Shown here in pieces: positions 11,325 through 24,538 of a stretch of DNA of 64,000 nt. The notes below the pieces were generated by a model. It did no database searches, had not been told where the DNA came from, and saw only the letters and a program-made list of their open reading frames with translations. Source of the DNA: Octopus sinensis (Eukaryota); contig NC_043003.1 of the NCBI RefSeq assembly GCF_006345805.1, positions 18,166,001-18,230,000 of the forward strand. The letters are read 5' to 3'. A program made the position numbers and the translations under genes. Position 1 is the first letter of the stretch; each line of letters opens with the position of its first letter.

Positions 11325-12039
11325 TGGTATAAAGAATTAGTGCCTTAATGATGCATAGGGTAGTGTTCCAATATGGCCACCAAGGAGGAAAGAGTTTATA
11401 ATCATTTCTACTATTAGCGCAAGGCCTGAAATTTTGGAAGAAAGGCTTTTGTCGATTATATCAACCCTAGTGCTCAACTGGTACCTTCTTTATTACTCCT
11501 GAAAGACTCAGATGCAAAAACAACCTCAGTGGAATTTGAACTCAGAATCAAAGCCAGAAGAGTGCTACTAAGCATTTCCTCTGGCATGCTAATGACTGTC
11601 TTGGAAAGAGTTAATAAGGATTCGAATTCTAGTTTGAATAATTTTTACCCTCATTCTACAACATTCCTTAACCCCTGCCATATACACTCACCTGAAACCA
11701 TCTCTGATTCTACGATACAAAACTTGTTTTAAAACTGTTCGTATCTAGATTAAACCAGTTCATCATAATTTTATGTGAGAACTTTTTGTTAGATCATGAT
11801 CTAAACACCAGTATATAAATAGGTGTTAATTTGCTAAAGCTTTCCATTTATTATTGTTATTCAATAATCTTATTTCTGTCACGTACTTTCACTGCACGAC
11901 TGAGCACAGTTCTGTGTGCCTTGGGTGTGTGCTGTGGTTTGTTGTGGGGCTCTTATTTTCACTTATTTTTAGTATTACTGAGTGCGCTGCACATGTCATC
12001 AAAGTGACACTGGGGTATAATTTATTATTATTCTCATTA

Positions 12040-12640
12040 TTATTATTATTATTATTATTGAGTGAGAGAACAGTTCATGCCATCAAAGTGACACTGGGGT
12101 AAAATATACGAAGCCCAGTATACCCATCATGACTACCCGTCTGATAAGGGTACACTAGGCACATGCATCACAACCATATGTATGTGACATGGTGATCTCA
12201 TATCAAGATAAACAGCGCATGACCTTGCAGGTGGGGCCCAGTTAGAATGCTCTTCTGGTCGAGTAACCCATCTCACTTAAAAGGTCCCTGAATAAGGATT
12301 GTTTAAGGATGTTGAACGAAACACTCATGTTTCCAGGGGTGAATTAGCCAAACCTCCAATAATTCCTTTCAACACATGGCTCGTGGTCAGAGATGCACAT
12401 ATCGTCAGCCACTAAGGGACATGGTCAACTGGTTATGGTCAAACAACTGACAAGCAACTCCGTGGTATTGAGCAGAATATTTGATGTAGCCCATCTTTTA
12501 TACCAAGACAAAACAATGTACATGATAACACTTCCAATCAGTTAAGATCAGATGCCATGAGAGCCACTGCCTGATACTGCATCAGGGCATTTATTATCAT
12601 TATTATTATTATTATTATCATTATTATCATTATTATTATT
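12040..12640 (-). mobile_element. Second copy of the (AAT)n-tailed ~560-bp retroposon
   Basis: Reverse complement of 3639-4218; (ATT)n at both ends; extra partial 3' end at about 11975-12020. Confidence 0.75.
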
Positions 12641-13115
12641 AATATGATTATGATTATTTTCAGTTTAGTACTGGGATCGATTTATTTGACTAAAATTCTT
12701 CAAAGCAGTGCCCCAACATGGCCACAATCTAATGACTGGAAAAAGTAAAAGATAAAAAAAAAAATAATAAAACCTTTGTAATAATCGTGTCTACTGAGAA
12801 AATGGTATTGATTTCCTCTTTGAGAAAATGACAATGTCGTCACTCCTTGCTACTATGAACTTACTACCGAGAATGTCTGTGTTTACTGTATTAGAATTGC
12901 TCATCAGGTAACATGAAAAGATCACATACCACACCTGTTTTTTTTTCTGACACATAGCTAAATTTTTATGGTGTCATAAGAAGTGAAAAGTACCGAAAAA
13001 AAAAAAAGCAGGAAAAACTAATCAGAAAATGTGTGACTAAACTGATTTATTATCAAACTTATGACACAACAGGGTAAAAATAACCATATTGTTGCTGCTA
13101 CTGCTGCTGTTGTTG

Positions 13116-13315
13116 TTGTTAAGCAACAAGACGGGTAAGGGTGATTAGGTGATGGTCTAGGGCTTAGGGGCGGGAGACCCCAGACCTTGGGGGGAAAAAA
13201 AAACTTTGGTCGTCTTGTTGTAGTCGAGGGCTCTTCGTTGACGCCCGACACCACTTGGAGATGGCCCTTGAAGTCGCTGGAAATGGAGATCTCCAGGTCC
13301 AAATTCTTAGACGGC
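13116..13315 (-). mobile_element. ~205-bp (CAA)n-tailed retroposon without a tRNA head
   Basis: Homologous to 17684-17888; flanked by direct repeat ctgctgctgttgttg (13101-13115, 13318-13332). Confidence 0.75.
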
Positions 13316-13977
13316 TGCTGCTGCTGTTGTTGAACCTACCCACACCCCGGTCAGCTCTTGCCAGGACTACACAGGCTTAAAACCAAGGGCATCCTCACTA
13401 GGACATCCTATCTTTTTACATGGAGGTGTCTTTCAGATTATATTACTATCTCCTTCATTGTTATATGCACACACACATGTCTGCATAGGGCCACATTATC
13501 CAATGTGTCCTTTGTTTCTTGTAAGACAATAGGTGTAATTTAAGAAAGATTTGGTTGTTATATCAAACAGGTCAAGCAATTGTATACAAGCTCCCAGTAG
13601 GAATGTTCATTAGTCATGTGGCTTCTTTTGTTTTGTTTTGGGTTTTTTTTATTACTGTGGTATTGGTATTGATTCTTTTGTGTTGACCTAACAGCTTAAA
13701 TGTTAAGGTAGGTGGCTATTAGGAAATGTATCATTCATTCTTTTCTGAGAAGCCTAAATGTGTTGGCATAAATAAAACTCCTGACCAGGATTTGACCCGG
13801 GAATGTAAAAGGGTAATCGTTTGTAGAAAGTATAAAAGAAGTTTTTTGTTTGGCAATTTCTGTAAAAAAAAAAAATTTTTCTTTTTTTTCTTTTTTTTTT
13901 TTCAACATAATCATTTATGCATTTTTGTGTATTTATTATGTGTGTGTGTGTTGAGAAGTCCCTGAACCCCGTGAGGT

Positions 13978-14315
13978 TTACTCTTTTCAGTTATTTGACT
14001 GCAGCCATGCTGGAGCACTGCGTTTAGTCGAGCAAATTGACCCCAGGACTTATTCTTTGGAAGCCTAGTACTTATTCTATCGGTCTCAGTTGTCAAGTGA
14101 TGTTGGGGGGACAAACACAGACACACAAACATATACACACATATACATATATATACATACATACAATGGGCTTCTTTCAGTTTCCATCTACCGAATCCAC
14201 TCACAAGGCTTTGGTCAGCCCAAGGCTATAGTAGAAGACACTTGCCCAAGGTGTCACGCAGTAGGAATGAACCCAGAACCATGTGGTTGGTAAGCAAGCT
14301 ACTTACCACACAGCC
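13978..14315 (-). mobile_element. SINE family A
   Basis: Family A match with internal (CA/TA)n. Confidence 0.85.
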
Positions 14316-14865
14316 AGGGTACTGCAGCCATGCAGGTTATCTAGGGTGAGAAAGCCTGGCAGAGCCCATCCCTCTACACTCACTTCTACAGCTGAGTGGG
14401 CTGGAGCAACATGAAATGAAGTACGTTGCTCAAGAACACAACGGATCACTCAGTCCATGGATTGAAATCTCAATCTTAGAGTTGTGAGTCCAAAACATCC
14501 TAACCACTGAGTGATGCACCTCCACTAGTGGTACTCATTTCTACAGCTGAGTGACCTGGAGCAATGTGAAATGAAGTATTTTGCTCAAGAACTCAACGCA
14601 CCGCCTAGTCCAGAAATTGAAACCACGATTTTACAATTACGGGCCCAATGCCCTAACCACTAAGCCACGCTGTGTATATGTGTATGTAAGTATATGTATG
14701 TATATGTATATGTGTATGTATGTGTATGTAAGTATATGTATGTATGTGTATATGTGTATGTAAGTATATGTATGTATGTGTATACCCATACACTCACACA
14801 CAAACACGGTCATACACACAAAAAAATGCATAAGCATAAGTAATTCAGCTGGGAAAACAAATCAA

Positions 14866-15085
14866 CCCTTTCATTACTGTATTTATTTTGAGATACTCTG
14901 TGTTGCTTTCAATTACTTTAAATATAACAAAGAATTTAGTAAAATAACATAGTCATCATTCAACTAGTGTTAGGAACATAAATTGTGACTAAGGTTTGGT
15001 GGAAGATTTTAATTCAAAACTTATGAAAACAAGACATTTGTACACAGAGCCAGAGCTGGTTTCAGCCGGGCTGGTATCAAAAGGG
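14866..15085. mobile_element. piggyBac-like MITE
   Basis: CCCTTTC...AAAAGGG termini, TTAA at 15086-15089 (left site tcaa); homologous to 15117-15336 and 34750-35016. Confidence 0.75.
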
Positions 15086-15116
15086 TTAAGAATTGTTTCT
15101 CTATTATATATTTTAG

Positions 15117-15336
15117 CCATTTTGTTACCATATTTCTGTTGAGACACTCTGTATTTCTTTCAATTACTTTAAATATAACAAAGAATTTAGTAAAATAACT
15201 TAGTTATCATTAAGCTAGTGTTTGGAACATAAATTGTGACTAAGGTTTGGTGGAAGATTTTAATTTGATACTTATGAAATCAAGACATTTGTACTCAGAG
15301 CCAGAGCCGGTTTCAGCTGGGTTGGTAACGAAAGGT
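15117..15336. mobile_element. piggyBac-like MITE nested at a TTAA of a second MITE family (to about 15515)
   Basis: Ends ggtaacgaaaggt-TTAA; downstream flank matches 36023-36254. Confidence 0.7.
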
Positions 15337-15529
15337 TTAAACTGGCTGTATCCGGCTGAAATATTCTTCCTGTTTTATGCTCAAACTGGCTAGGTCAAGC
15401 CTCACATATCTACTCTTACAATGTTAGCCTAAAAACTGTACAGTCACATAAGTGAAATCACAAGGCTTCAAGATAAATAAGTGACATTTGATAGAGTAGT
15501 CTGAGTTACTAAATTGTTGAAGAAATTCT

Positions 15530-15734
15530 TTTATTTGTTTCAGTCATTTCACTGCCGCCATTCTGGAGCACTGCCTTTAGTCGAACAAATCGATCCCAGA
15601 ACTTATTCTAAGCCTAGTACATATTCTATCGATCTCTTTTTTGCCAAACCACTAAGTTACAAGGATGTAGACATGCCACCATCAGTTGTTAAGTGATAGT
15701 GGGGAGACAGACACAGACACACATACATACATAT

Positions 15735-15770
<36 letters not shown>

Positions 15771-16203
15771 GATGGGCTTATTTCAGTTTCCATCTATCAA
15801 ATCTACTCACAAGGCTTTGGTCGGCTCGAGGCTATAGTAGAAGACACTTGCCTAAGGTGCTACGCAGTGGGACTGAACCCAGAACCATGTGGTTGGTAAG
15901 CAGGCTACTTAACCACACAGCCAAAGAAATTTTTATGGAAATTGCCAGACACACTTTACTCTTTTACTCGTTCCAGTCATTTGACTGTGGCCATGCTAGA
16001 GCACTGCCTTTAGTCGAGCACATCGACACCAGGAAGTATTCTTTGTAAGCCTAGTAGTTATTCTATTGGTCCCTTTTGCTGAACCACTAAGTTACGGGGA
16101 CATAAACACACCAACATCGGTTGTCAAGCGATGTTTGGGGGACAAACGCAGACACACACACACACACACGCACACACACACACACACGCACACACACACA
16201 CAC

Positions 16204-16248
<45 letters not shown>

Positions 16249-16424
16249 TATATACACACACATACATATATATACGACAGGCTTCTTTCAGTTTCCATCC
16301 ACCAAATCCACTCACAAGGCTTTGGGTGGCCCGAGGTTATAGCAGAAGACACTTGCTCAAGGTGCCATGCAGTGGGACTGTGGTTGGTAAGCAAGCTACT
16401 TACCACACAGCCACTCCTACGCCT
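15530..16424 (-). mobile_element. Two tandem SINE A copies (15530-15922, 15958-16424)
   Basis: Family A matches. Confidence 0.9.
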
Positions 16425-17119
16425 ACACTTTCACTTTTCATTTATTTTCTCTGAGAGATTGTCATTTAAAAAAAACATGTATGAATTGGGTTTGTTCTGA
16501 GCTTATCTTTTATCTTTCCTTTTTTTTTTTTCCTTTTAATTGGCTTGGTCTACTGGCAGAGGCTGGGTCTATGACCTTTTAAGGCACTCTTACATGGATG
16601 TGATGGATGCAGTTAATATTCCTCTTGAATAGTTACATCTTATCATTCATCCATTTTTTGTTTTAGTCATTGGACTGTAGCCATGCTGGAGCACCACCTT
16701 GAAGAGTTTTAGTCACACAAATCAACCCCGTTACTTGTTTTTAAGTGTGGTACTTACTATGCTGGTCTCTCTTGCCGGACCACTAAAATATGGGAATGTA
16801 ACCAAACCATCACCAGTTCTCAAGTGGTGGTAGGGACAATCACAAAAACACATACACTCGCATATTTATGATGGGCTTCCTTTCAGTTTCTGTCCACCAA
16901 ATTCACTCACAAGGTATTGGTTGCCCAAGGTTATAGCAAAATTCCACTTGCCCAAGGTGCCACACAGTGGGAATGAACTTAAAACTACACGGTTGCATAG
17001 AACGTTCTTAACCACACAGCCATACCTGCACCTATGTTGACAGCTGCAGGAAAAACATGGTGTAGAGAAGGAATTCTTGATGACCAATGGTCTGTGGAAG
17101 AAGGATTGGGTGAACATAG

Positions 17120-17435
17120 TGCGTACGTTGTTTGTTCCTTCTCGAGCCATGCCTGGCTCATAAGGGCTGGTTTCCCGGTTTCCTAGGCATATAGATTCTC
17201 CACCTGGAAGGTATGCCAGTCCATCGCAGGTGAGCTGCAAGATGCAGGAGGAAAGAGTGAGAGAAAGTTGTGGCGAAAGAGTCAGCAGAAGTTTGCCATT
17301 ACCGTCTGCTGGAGTCGCATGGAGCTTAGGTGTTTCGCTCATAAACACACACATCGCTCAGTCTGAGATTCGAACCCGCGATCCCTCGACCATGAGTCTG
17401 CTGCTCTAACCACTAGGCCATGTGCCTCCACAGTG
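17120..17435 (-). mobile_element. SINE family H
   Basis: Reverse-complement head with A box TGGCCTAGTGG and B box GGTTCGAATCT; body matches 33648, 48003, 54452. Confidence 0.8.
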
Positions 17436-17683
17436 CATATGTTGAAAAGAGAACACTCAATTTTCTCTAGAGAGCCCTCACTCACAAAATCATTAAAAAA
17501 CAGCGAAATTGTGAGTTTCATCTGAGATCATTTCTTTTAATCTTTGGTCATTTCGGGTTTTTTTCTTTTTTCGCTCATAACTTGTGAAATGCAGCAGTAT
17601 TATATACACAAGACTGGGTGGTTAAGAAGCCCACTTTGCAACCATGGTTTTAAGTTCAATTCCCTTGCACAGCACCTTGGGCA

Positions 17684-17888
17684 GCCGTTCAAGAATTTGG
17701 ATCTGGAGATCTCCGTTTCCAGCAACTTTGAGGGCCACCTCCCAGCGGTGTCGGGCGTCAATGAAGAGCCCTCAACTACGACAAGACAACCAAAGTTTTT
17801 TTTTCCAAGGTCTAGGGTCTCCCGCCCCTAAGCCCTAGACCATCACCTAATCACCCTTATCTGTCTTGTTGCTTAACAACAACAACAA
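17684..17888 (+). mobile_element. ~205-bp (CAA)n-tailed retroposon inserted in a SINE A copy
   Basis: 14-bp TSD cagcaccttgggca at 17670-17683 and 17889-17902. Confidence 0.85.
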
Positions 17889-18618
17889 CAGCACCTTGGG
17901 CAAATGTCTTTTACTAAGCTCTGAGCTGACCAATGCTTTGTGAGTAAATTTGGCTGAAGGAAACTGTGTGGAAACCCATCACATGTGTGTGTGTGTGCCT
18001 CAACACTTGGCAACCAGTGTCAGTTTGTTTACATCCTCATAACAACAGTGGTTCAGTAAAAAAAAAACCAATGTAGTACCAGACTTTAAAAAGCAAAAAA
18101 AAAAAAAATAGGGTTGATTTGTTCAACTAAACCCTTCAAGGCAGTGCCCCAGCATGGCCGCTATCCAATGACTGACAAATTACAAAGAATTAAAATATGC
18201 AATGAAACATTTCTTCATGACTTGGCTATTTCTTATCTTCTTCACAAATATTTGTGACGAGAACATGATAGGTCTTTTGTATTCCTCTCTATGTCCTCTG
18301 GTTTCAGTATCAACTAGTAACCATACTCGTTATCTACTTCATAAAACAAGTTGCCACTCTCTGTGTGGTATTTTGTAAAGTATCTGATTAATCATCTTTT
18401 GAAACTAGTTCTGTGTTTTAATTTCATCTATTGATATAAATCATTTTTATTCATGTAGGTTCATCTACCTCTCTGTCTATTTGTCTGTCTTTCTCTCTGT
18501 CTGGCTGTCTGTTTGTCTAACTGTTTGTCTGTCTCTGTATCTATCTATCTGTCTCTATTTATCTGTCTGTCTCTGTCTGGGTATATGCTAGTCTGTATAT
18601 CTCTCATACTATCTATAT

Positions 18619-18673
<55 letters not shown>

Positions 18674-18719
18674 TTATATTCTGAACAAAACGGGGTTCCA
18701 GACTGTGAAAACTGACAGT

Positions 18720-19040
18720 AAGAACATACCATGACTATCACCATGACCGACAAGGCCATCAGATGTTGCTACACATCGCTGGTCACAATGCGCTTCGCAT
18801 AGTTTTAGCCTTCAAATGACACCACCCCGCTGGCTAAGCGAGCAGGCGAACAGAAGAAAGAGTGAGAGAAAGTTGTGGCGAAAGAGTACAGCAGGGATCG
18901 CCACCACCCCTGCTGGAGCCTCATGGAGCCTTAGGTGTTTTCGCTCAATAAACACTCACAATACCCAGTCTGGGAATCGAAACCGCGATCCTACGACCGC
19001 AAGTCCGCTGCCCTAACCACTGGGCCATTTCCCCTCCACA
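18720..19040 (-). mobile_element. SINE family H
   Basis: Reverse complement of 54452-54755; flanked by accatgactat direct repeat. Confidence 0.85.
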
Positions 19041-19269
19041 CCATGACTATATATACTTTTAAATAAACAACTGCTGGACAACTGAGAAAGGTCTTTTATC
19101 CTTAACCTTTTTAAACCAAGACACCTTCAGCTTTTTTATATATTCCTTTATGATACTAAATAGTTGTTTGGTAGCAATGAATAGTTACATTAATCTGGGT
19201 TGTTTTGTTTCTGTATCTTACCAGTACCATAGATTACAGGATGGGAGTACAAAGCAGTGACGTGTATAA

Positions 19270-20895
19270 ATGCAATGTTATTGCCAGTTCAAATATGCTT
19301 GTGGCACGTTCAAACTCATAAACAAGCCATTGTCTGTGCTTTGTCATGCAGAAAATTTCTTGTTGTGGACAAGTGGTATAACTACACCTGAATCAGCTCA
19401 CAGCGCCACCTATCCAAATTGTGAGGTGCAAGTATTTCGAAGATACAGGGACATAAACACAACAGCACCAGTTGTTGATGGTTTTTTTGGGGGGGGGGGG
19501 AGTCAAATGCAGACACAAAAGCACACGCACATACATACAATGGGTTTCTTTCAGTTTCTGTCTATTCACAAGGCCTTGGTCAACCTGGGGCTATAGTAGA
19601 AGACACTTGCCCAAGGTGCCACCCAGTGGGACTGAACCATGAACCATGTGGTTGTGAAGGAAGCTTCTTACCACACTGCTGTACCTATGTGTGTGTGTGT
19701 GTGTTTGTTCCTTTATTCTTCTATTTGTTTCAGTCATTTGTGGCACACTCAAACTCATAAACAAGCCATTGTCTGTGCTTTGTCATGCAGAAAATTTCTT
19801 GTAGACAAGTGGTGTAACTACACCTAAATCAGCTCACAGCACCACCTACCCAGACTGTTAGGTGCAAGGATTTCGAAGTGGTTATCCCCTCTTCAGTCAC
19901 AGAAACCATACAAGGGTGTTGTAAGCTGATAAGAGAGATTGTCTCTCTTATTCTATTCCGGTCATCTTACAATGACTGCTAGTACTAATCAGCTGCTCGC
20001 TGTAAGCAAATTACAAGGTGGCAGCACCTGATTCAAGTGTTTTTACACCATTTGTCAACAGTGAGAAATTTTCTCCATGACAAAATACACTGAATGGCTT
20101 GCATACAAGCTCAAACATGCCAAAGCATATTTGAACTGGTAATGACCTTTCTGTGGAGGCGCGTGGCTTAGTGGTTAGGGTGTCTGCATCATGATCATAA
20201 GATTGTGGTTTCGATTTCTGGACCGGGCGATGCATTGTGTTCTTGAGCAAAACACTTCATTTCACGTTGCTCCAGTCCACTCTGCTGGCAAAAATGAGTA
20301 ATCCTGCGATGGACCGGCGTCCCGTCCAGCTGGGGGATTTCTACGCCACTGAAACCGCGAAACCAGCCCTTAGGAGCCTAGCATGGCTCGAGAAGGAACA
20401 TTAGGTGGAGACACGTGGCTTAGTGGTTAGGGTGTCGGCATTATGATCGTAAGACTGTGGTTTCGATTCCAGGACCGGGCGATGCGTTGTGTTCTTGAGC
20501 AAAACACTTCATTTCACATTGCTCCAGTCCACTCAGCTGGCAAAAATGAGTAACGCTGCAATGGACTGGCGTCCCATCCAGCTGGGGAACACATACTCCA
20601 TGGAAACCGGGAAACCAGGCCTGTGAGCCTGGCTAGGCTTTAAAAGGGCGCATTTAATGACCTTTCTACTATAGGCACAAGGCCTGAAATTTGGAGGGAG
20701 GAGACTAGTCAATTACAGGGTGGAAGCACCAGATTAAGGTGTATTTACACCATTTGTCTTACAGCGAGAAATTTTCTCCTTGACAAAACACAGCGAATGG
20801 CTTGCATACAAGCTCAAACATGCCAGAAGCATATTTGAACTGGTAATAACCTTTCTACTATAGGCACAACTGGTAATAACATTGCAATTAGTACC
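19270..20895. repeat. Four copies of an unclassified ~150-bp local repeat (about 19270-19440 and 19738-19880; inverted at 20022-20145 and 20715-20895)
   Basis: Shared core gcatatttgaactgg.aataac / caagccatt...gtcatg.agaaaatttct; not seen elsewhere in the window. Confidence 0.75.
20153..20654 (+). mobile_element. Tandem pair of SINE G copies inside one TSD
   Basis: A box TGGCTTAGTGG, B box GGTTTCGATT; CORE-like ttgagcaaaacacttc...gctggcaaaaatgagta; TSD taatgacctttct at 20140-20152 and 20655-20667. Confidence 0.9.
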
Positions 20896-21306
20896 ATAGA
20901 TGTTTGGAGGGCCAAGCTATCCTACATACAACAAAGGGGTAGATGTTAATTAAGCATTAACAGCAGTAATTAAATATATTTAGTTTGATTTTTAGCTGAG
21001 CAGCATTTGTCATTCCTAACTGTGACGAATATTTTGTTATCATGTAGAATATGATAACTGTAACCTAATGTATTTGCTTTGTACACAAGAATTACAAACA
21101 GGTTGGTCTTATCACTTTCACATATTACAACTTTGTGGTCATTTGTTAGTTCCTGCAGAGTGAGTTTAAAACTCTTGTCAAGTGCATTATTGTTGCAGTT
21201 GTATCTATTTGATTTTCATGACTAAACCTGAAATCAGGTGGATGTGGCTCAAGCTTCTTAGCCACACAGCTATGTGCTTGTTTACATATATGTTTGTGTG
21301 TGTGTA

Positions 21307-21341
<35 letters not shown>

Positions 21342-21917
21342 CATAGTGTTTTTACTATTATATTTATCATTCTTTTTATACTTTTGATAAAAAAATTTTT
21401 TTTTAATTTAAAAAAAAATTCAAAATAAATTTTAAAATTTTATATATATATCATATACTATATTAATTATATTTATATTATTTTTTATTTATGTATTGGT
21501 TTATGTCTATCACTGTTTGAGTTGCCTAATTGTGGTTTTATCTCTATTTCATATTTTATATATATATATATATATAATATATATATGAGCTATTCTGCTT
21601 GTTGCAAATCAGTGACCAATGGTCACTTTCTTTACAATATATTGTTGGTAGAATTGGATATTAGCTATCACTCTAGTGTGCAGGTGGCCACAGCGGAGGA
21701 TGAGCCAAATAGCTTGAAACTGAGTCACTCCCCCTGCTAGCGATATATCGTATATAAATTGTGCAGAGCGTTGCAACCTGGGCAACACAATTTTTTTGTT
21801 TATCTTACTTAGCAAGATATTTAACCCTTAGTTAAACCCCGACAGGGCCCGATTTATCAGCTGAAAAGCTAAATGACAAGATTGTATTAGTCCATTCAAT
21901 TTCCTACAAGAATATAA

Positions 21918-22281
21918 CGACGCCGTGGTGATCTCATTCTCGCTCACAACATCATAAGCGGAAAGTGTAACCTCTCGAAAGAGCTGTTCTTCACTCCTGC
22001 TCCAGAGCGTGGGCTGTGGGGTCACTCTGAAAAGCTCTATCTACGACGATTTCATCTCAATCGAAGGAGAGGGGCTTTCTCCGTCCGGGTTGTGGATCCA
22101 TGGAATAAGCTGCCGGACGAGATAGTGAAGATGCCGACGACCGCTCAGTTCAAAGTCTCTCTTGAACAGAAATGGCCTGATCTCTTTGTATGACCACCCT
22201 CCCTGTACATAACTCCCTGTCCCCCTACACAGCCTTGCTTTTGCTTTTTGAGCCAATAAAAATTAAATTAAATTAAATTAA
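21918..22281 (+). mobile_element. 5'-truncated CR1-clade LINE 3' end
   Basis: 21918-22193 translates without stops to RRRGDLILAHNII...GHSEKL...RRGAFSVRVVDPWNKLPDEIV...FKVSL, the typical CR1 ORF2 C-terminus; (TAAAT)n tail. Confidence 0.9.
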
Positions 22282-23232
22282 ACATAGTTTTACATATGTA
22301 AAGTAATTGCTTTATTTTTTAATAATTCTTTTTGAAAAATAAGTACGTGCCCTCTTGTAGGGCTTGTGAAAAGGGTTCTGTCTTCTTGGCACTGAGACAC
22401 CAAATGGGTTAATGACTGAGAAAGCACAAGGATTAAACAAATAATCTATGCTTATGACTTCCATGTCATAAAAATGTGAGGTCAAACCCTTATCTGGTGA
22501 AATACACAGAACTGGAAAATCAGGAAACTTAGACACTCCCCCTGCCCATACCCACACCACCCCACTGCCTGCAATTATTTCATTTATTTATTTATGTCTG
22601 TCTGTCAAGGATGAAAGGGCAGCACTCCTGACCCCTTTATCTTTTCAAGGACTCCAGAACTGTTGGGAAGATGGAATGGGGGTTATCCTGTCCCTTCTCC
22701 CTCCTTCTAGCACTTACAACAGATTAAATAACGCAAAGAAAATTCTGTGGGTGGTGCATCGTTAGACTGGATATTTTGTATGTATGGAGGACAGTTCATT
22801 AGCACAGGTTTAGGCATTGTTTGTTTTGTTTTTTGGTTGATTTCATTTTCTTCTTTTATCTTCATTCTTGTAGTATTATGGTGCCGTTATTGTGTTGTTG
22901 TTGTTGTTGTTGGCGGTGCTGGTGCTGGTGGGAGTGTTGTTGCTTAGCTCATCCTTTCTGATGACTCTCCCTTGGCAAAACTTTTTCACATCAAAAATTC
23001 TTGCAAAACAAATAACTTTACATAACACACGCATGCACTCACATGCACACACAAATATATATACATACATATTACACTTACATATACATGGAGAGTGTGT
23101 GTGTGTGTGTGTGTATGTGATGTTGTCATCATCATCATCCTTGTTGTGGTCATATATATACATACATATTATACACAAATATATATACATACATATTACA
23201 CTTACATATACATGGAGAGTGTGTGTGTGTGT

Positions 23233-23637
23233 ATTCTTTTACTCATTTATTTGTTCCAGTCATTTGACTGCAGCCATGCTGGGGCACCGCCCTTAGTCAA
23301 GCAAATCTACCTCAGGACTTATTTTTGTAAGCCTAATACTTTGTCTATCAGTCTCTTTTGCCAAATCGCTGTTACGGGGACGTAAGCACACCAGCATTGG
23401 TTGTCAAGCAATGTTGGGGGGACAGAGACACACAAACATATACATACATGCATACATACATACATACACATATATGAGCTTCCTTCAGATTCTGTGTACC
23501 AAATCTACTCACAAGGCTTTGGTCGGCCCAAGGCTATAGTAGAAGACCCCCTTGGCCAAGGTGCCAAGCAGTGAGACTGAACGTGGAATCATGTGGTTGG
23601 TAAGCAAGCTACTTACCACACAGCCACTCCTGCGCCT
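23233..23637 (-). mobile_element. SINE family A
   Basis: Family A match. Confidence 0.9.
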
Positions 23638-24299
23638 ATATATATATATATATATAAAATTTCACGGTTCTTCCTTAAAAGTGTAAGCAGATTTAATCAT
23701 TTTTATTTGTGGATTGGTGTATTTATGTGTATATATCATTGCAATGTCTCTCTATACGTATTCCTCAGTGTGTGTGTGTGTATATATATATAGTGTGTGT
23801 GTGCATGCATGAATGTATACAAATGTGTATGCACAACCAGAAGGGGAAAGGTCTTTTCTCGCCCCCCCCCCTCACTCTCTCTCTCTGTCTATCTCTCTCT
23901 TGATTATTCCTTCATGACTCCAACAAGGCTATCAGGTTATGGTATTTTCATAATGTCCCTTATTATCTTTCCATACTTCCTACCTAGTATCCCTCATTGT
24001 TCTTTGTACTGTCTAATTCATCTATGTGTTGCTGAAGATGCTGCTGATAGTGGTGGTGCCGGCGGCAGCGGCGGTGTCTGCAGCAGCAGCAACAACAACA
24101 ACAGTAGTGGAAGCAGCAGGGGCGAGTTACTGGCAGAAACGATGTGTAATCAACAGAACACTTATACATAGAGTAAAATAAATTTTAGATATTTTTTTAT
24201 CGCTGGCTTCCATCCCTACCTTGTCTTCCAAAAAGCAAATAAAAACGAAAAGACCTTTACTAAAATACATCTTATCCTTATGGGTTTTCTTTTGTTTTT

Positions 24300-24498
24300 T
24301 ACTCTTTTACTTGTTGCACTCTTTAGATTGTAGCCATGAAACCTTGAAGAATTTTTATAAAATTAATCGACCCCAGTATTCATTTTAAGTCTGGTACTCA
24401 TTTTATTGATCTTTTTTGCTGAACCACTAAGTTATAGGGATGTAAACAAACTAATACTAGTTGTCAAGCAATGGTGAAAGAAAAACACACACACACAC

Positions 24499-24538
<40 letters not shown>

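Noticed and set aside
12824-12909. Possible exon NDNVVTPCYYELTTENVCVYCIRIAHQ
   Set aside because: GAG acceptor, no recognisable homology, and no phase link to neighbouring candidates.
12880-12912. Minus-strand CTGATGA motifs here and at about 5573-5579
   Set aside because: No stem II closed by GAAA follows either.
17684-17790. HDV-like ribozyme at the 5' end of the 205-bp element
   Set aside because: Manual folding found no P1 3' strand complementary to the first 7 nt.
20153-20230. tRNA-like sequences as tRNA genes (also heads of families A, B, H)
   Set aside because: Only A/B boxes are retained; each continues into a SINE body and lacks a complete cloverleaf and terminator.
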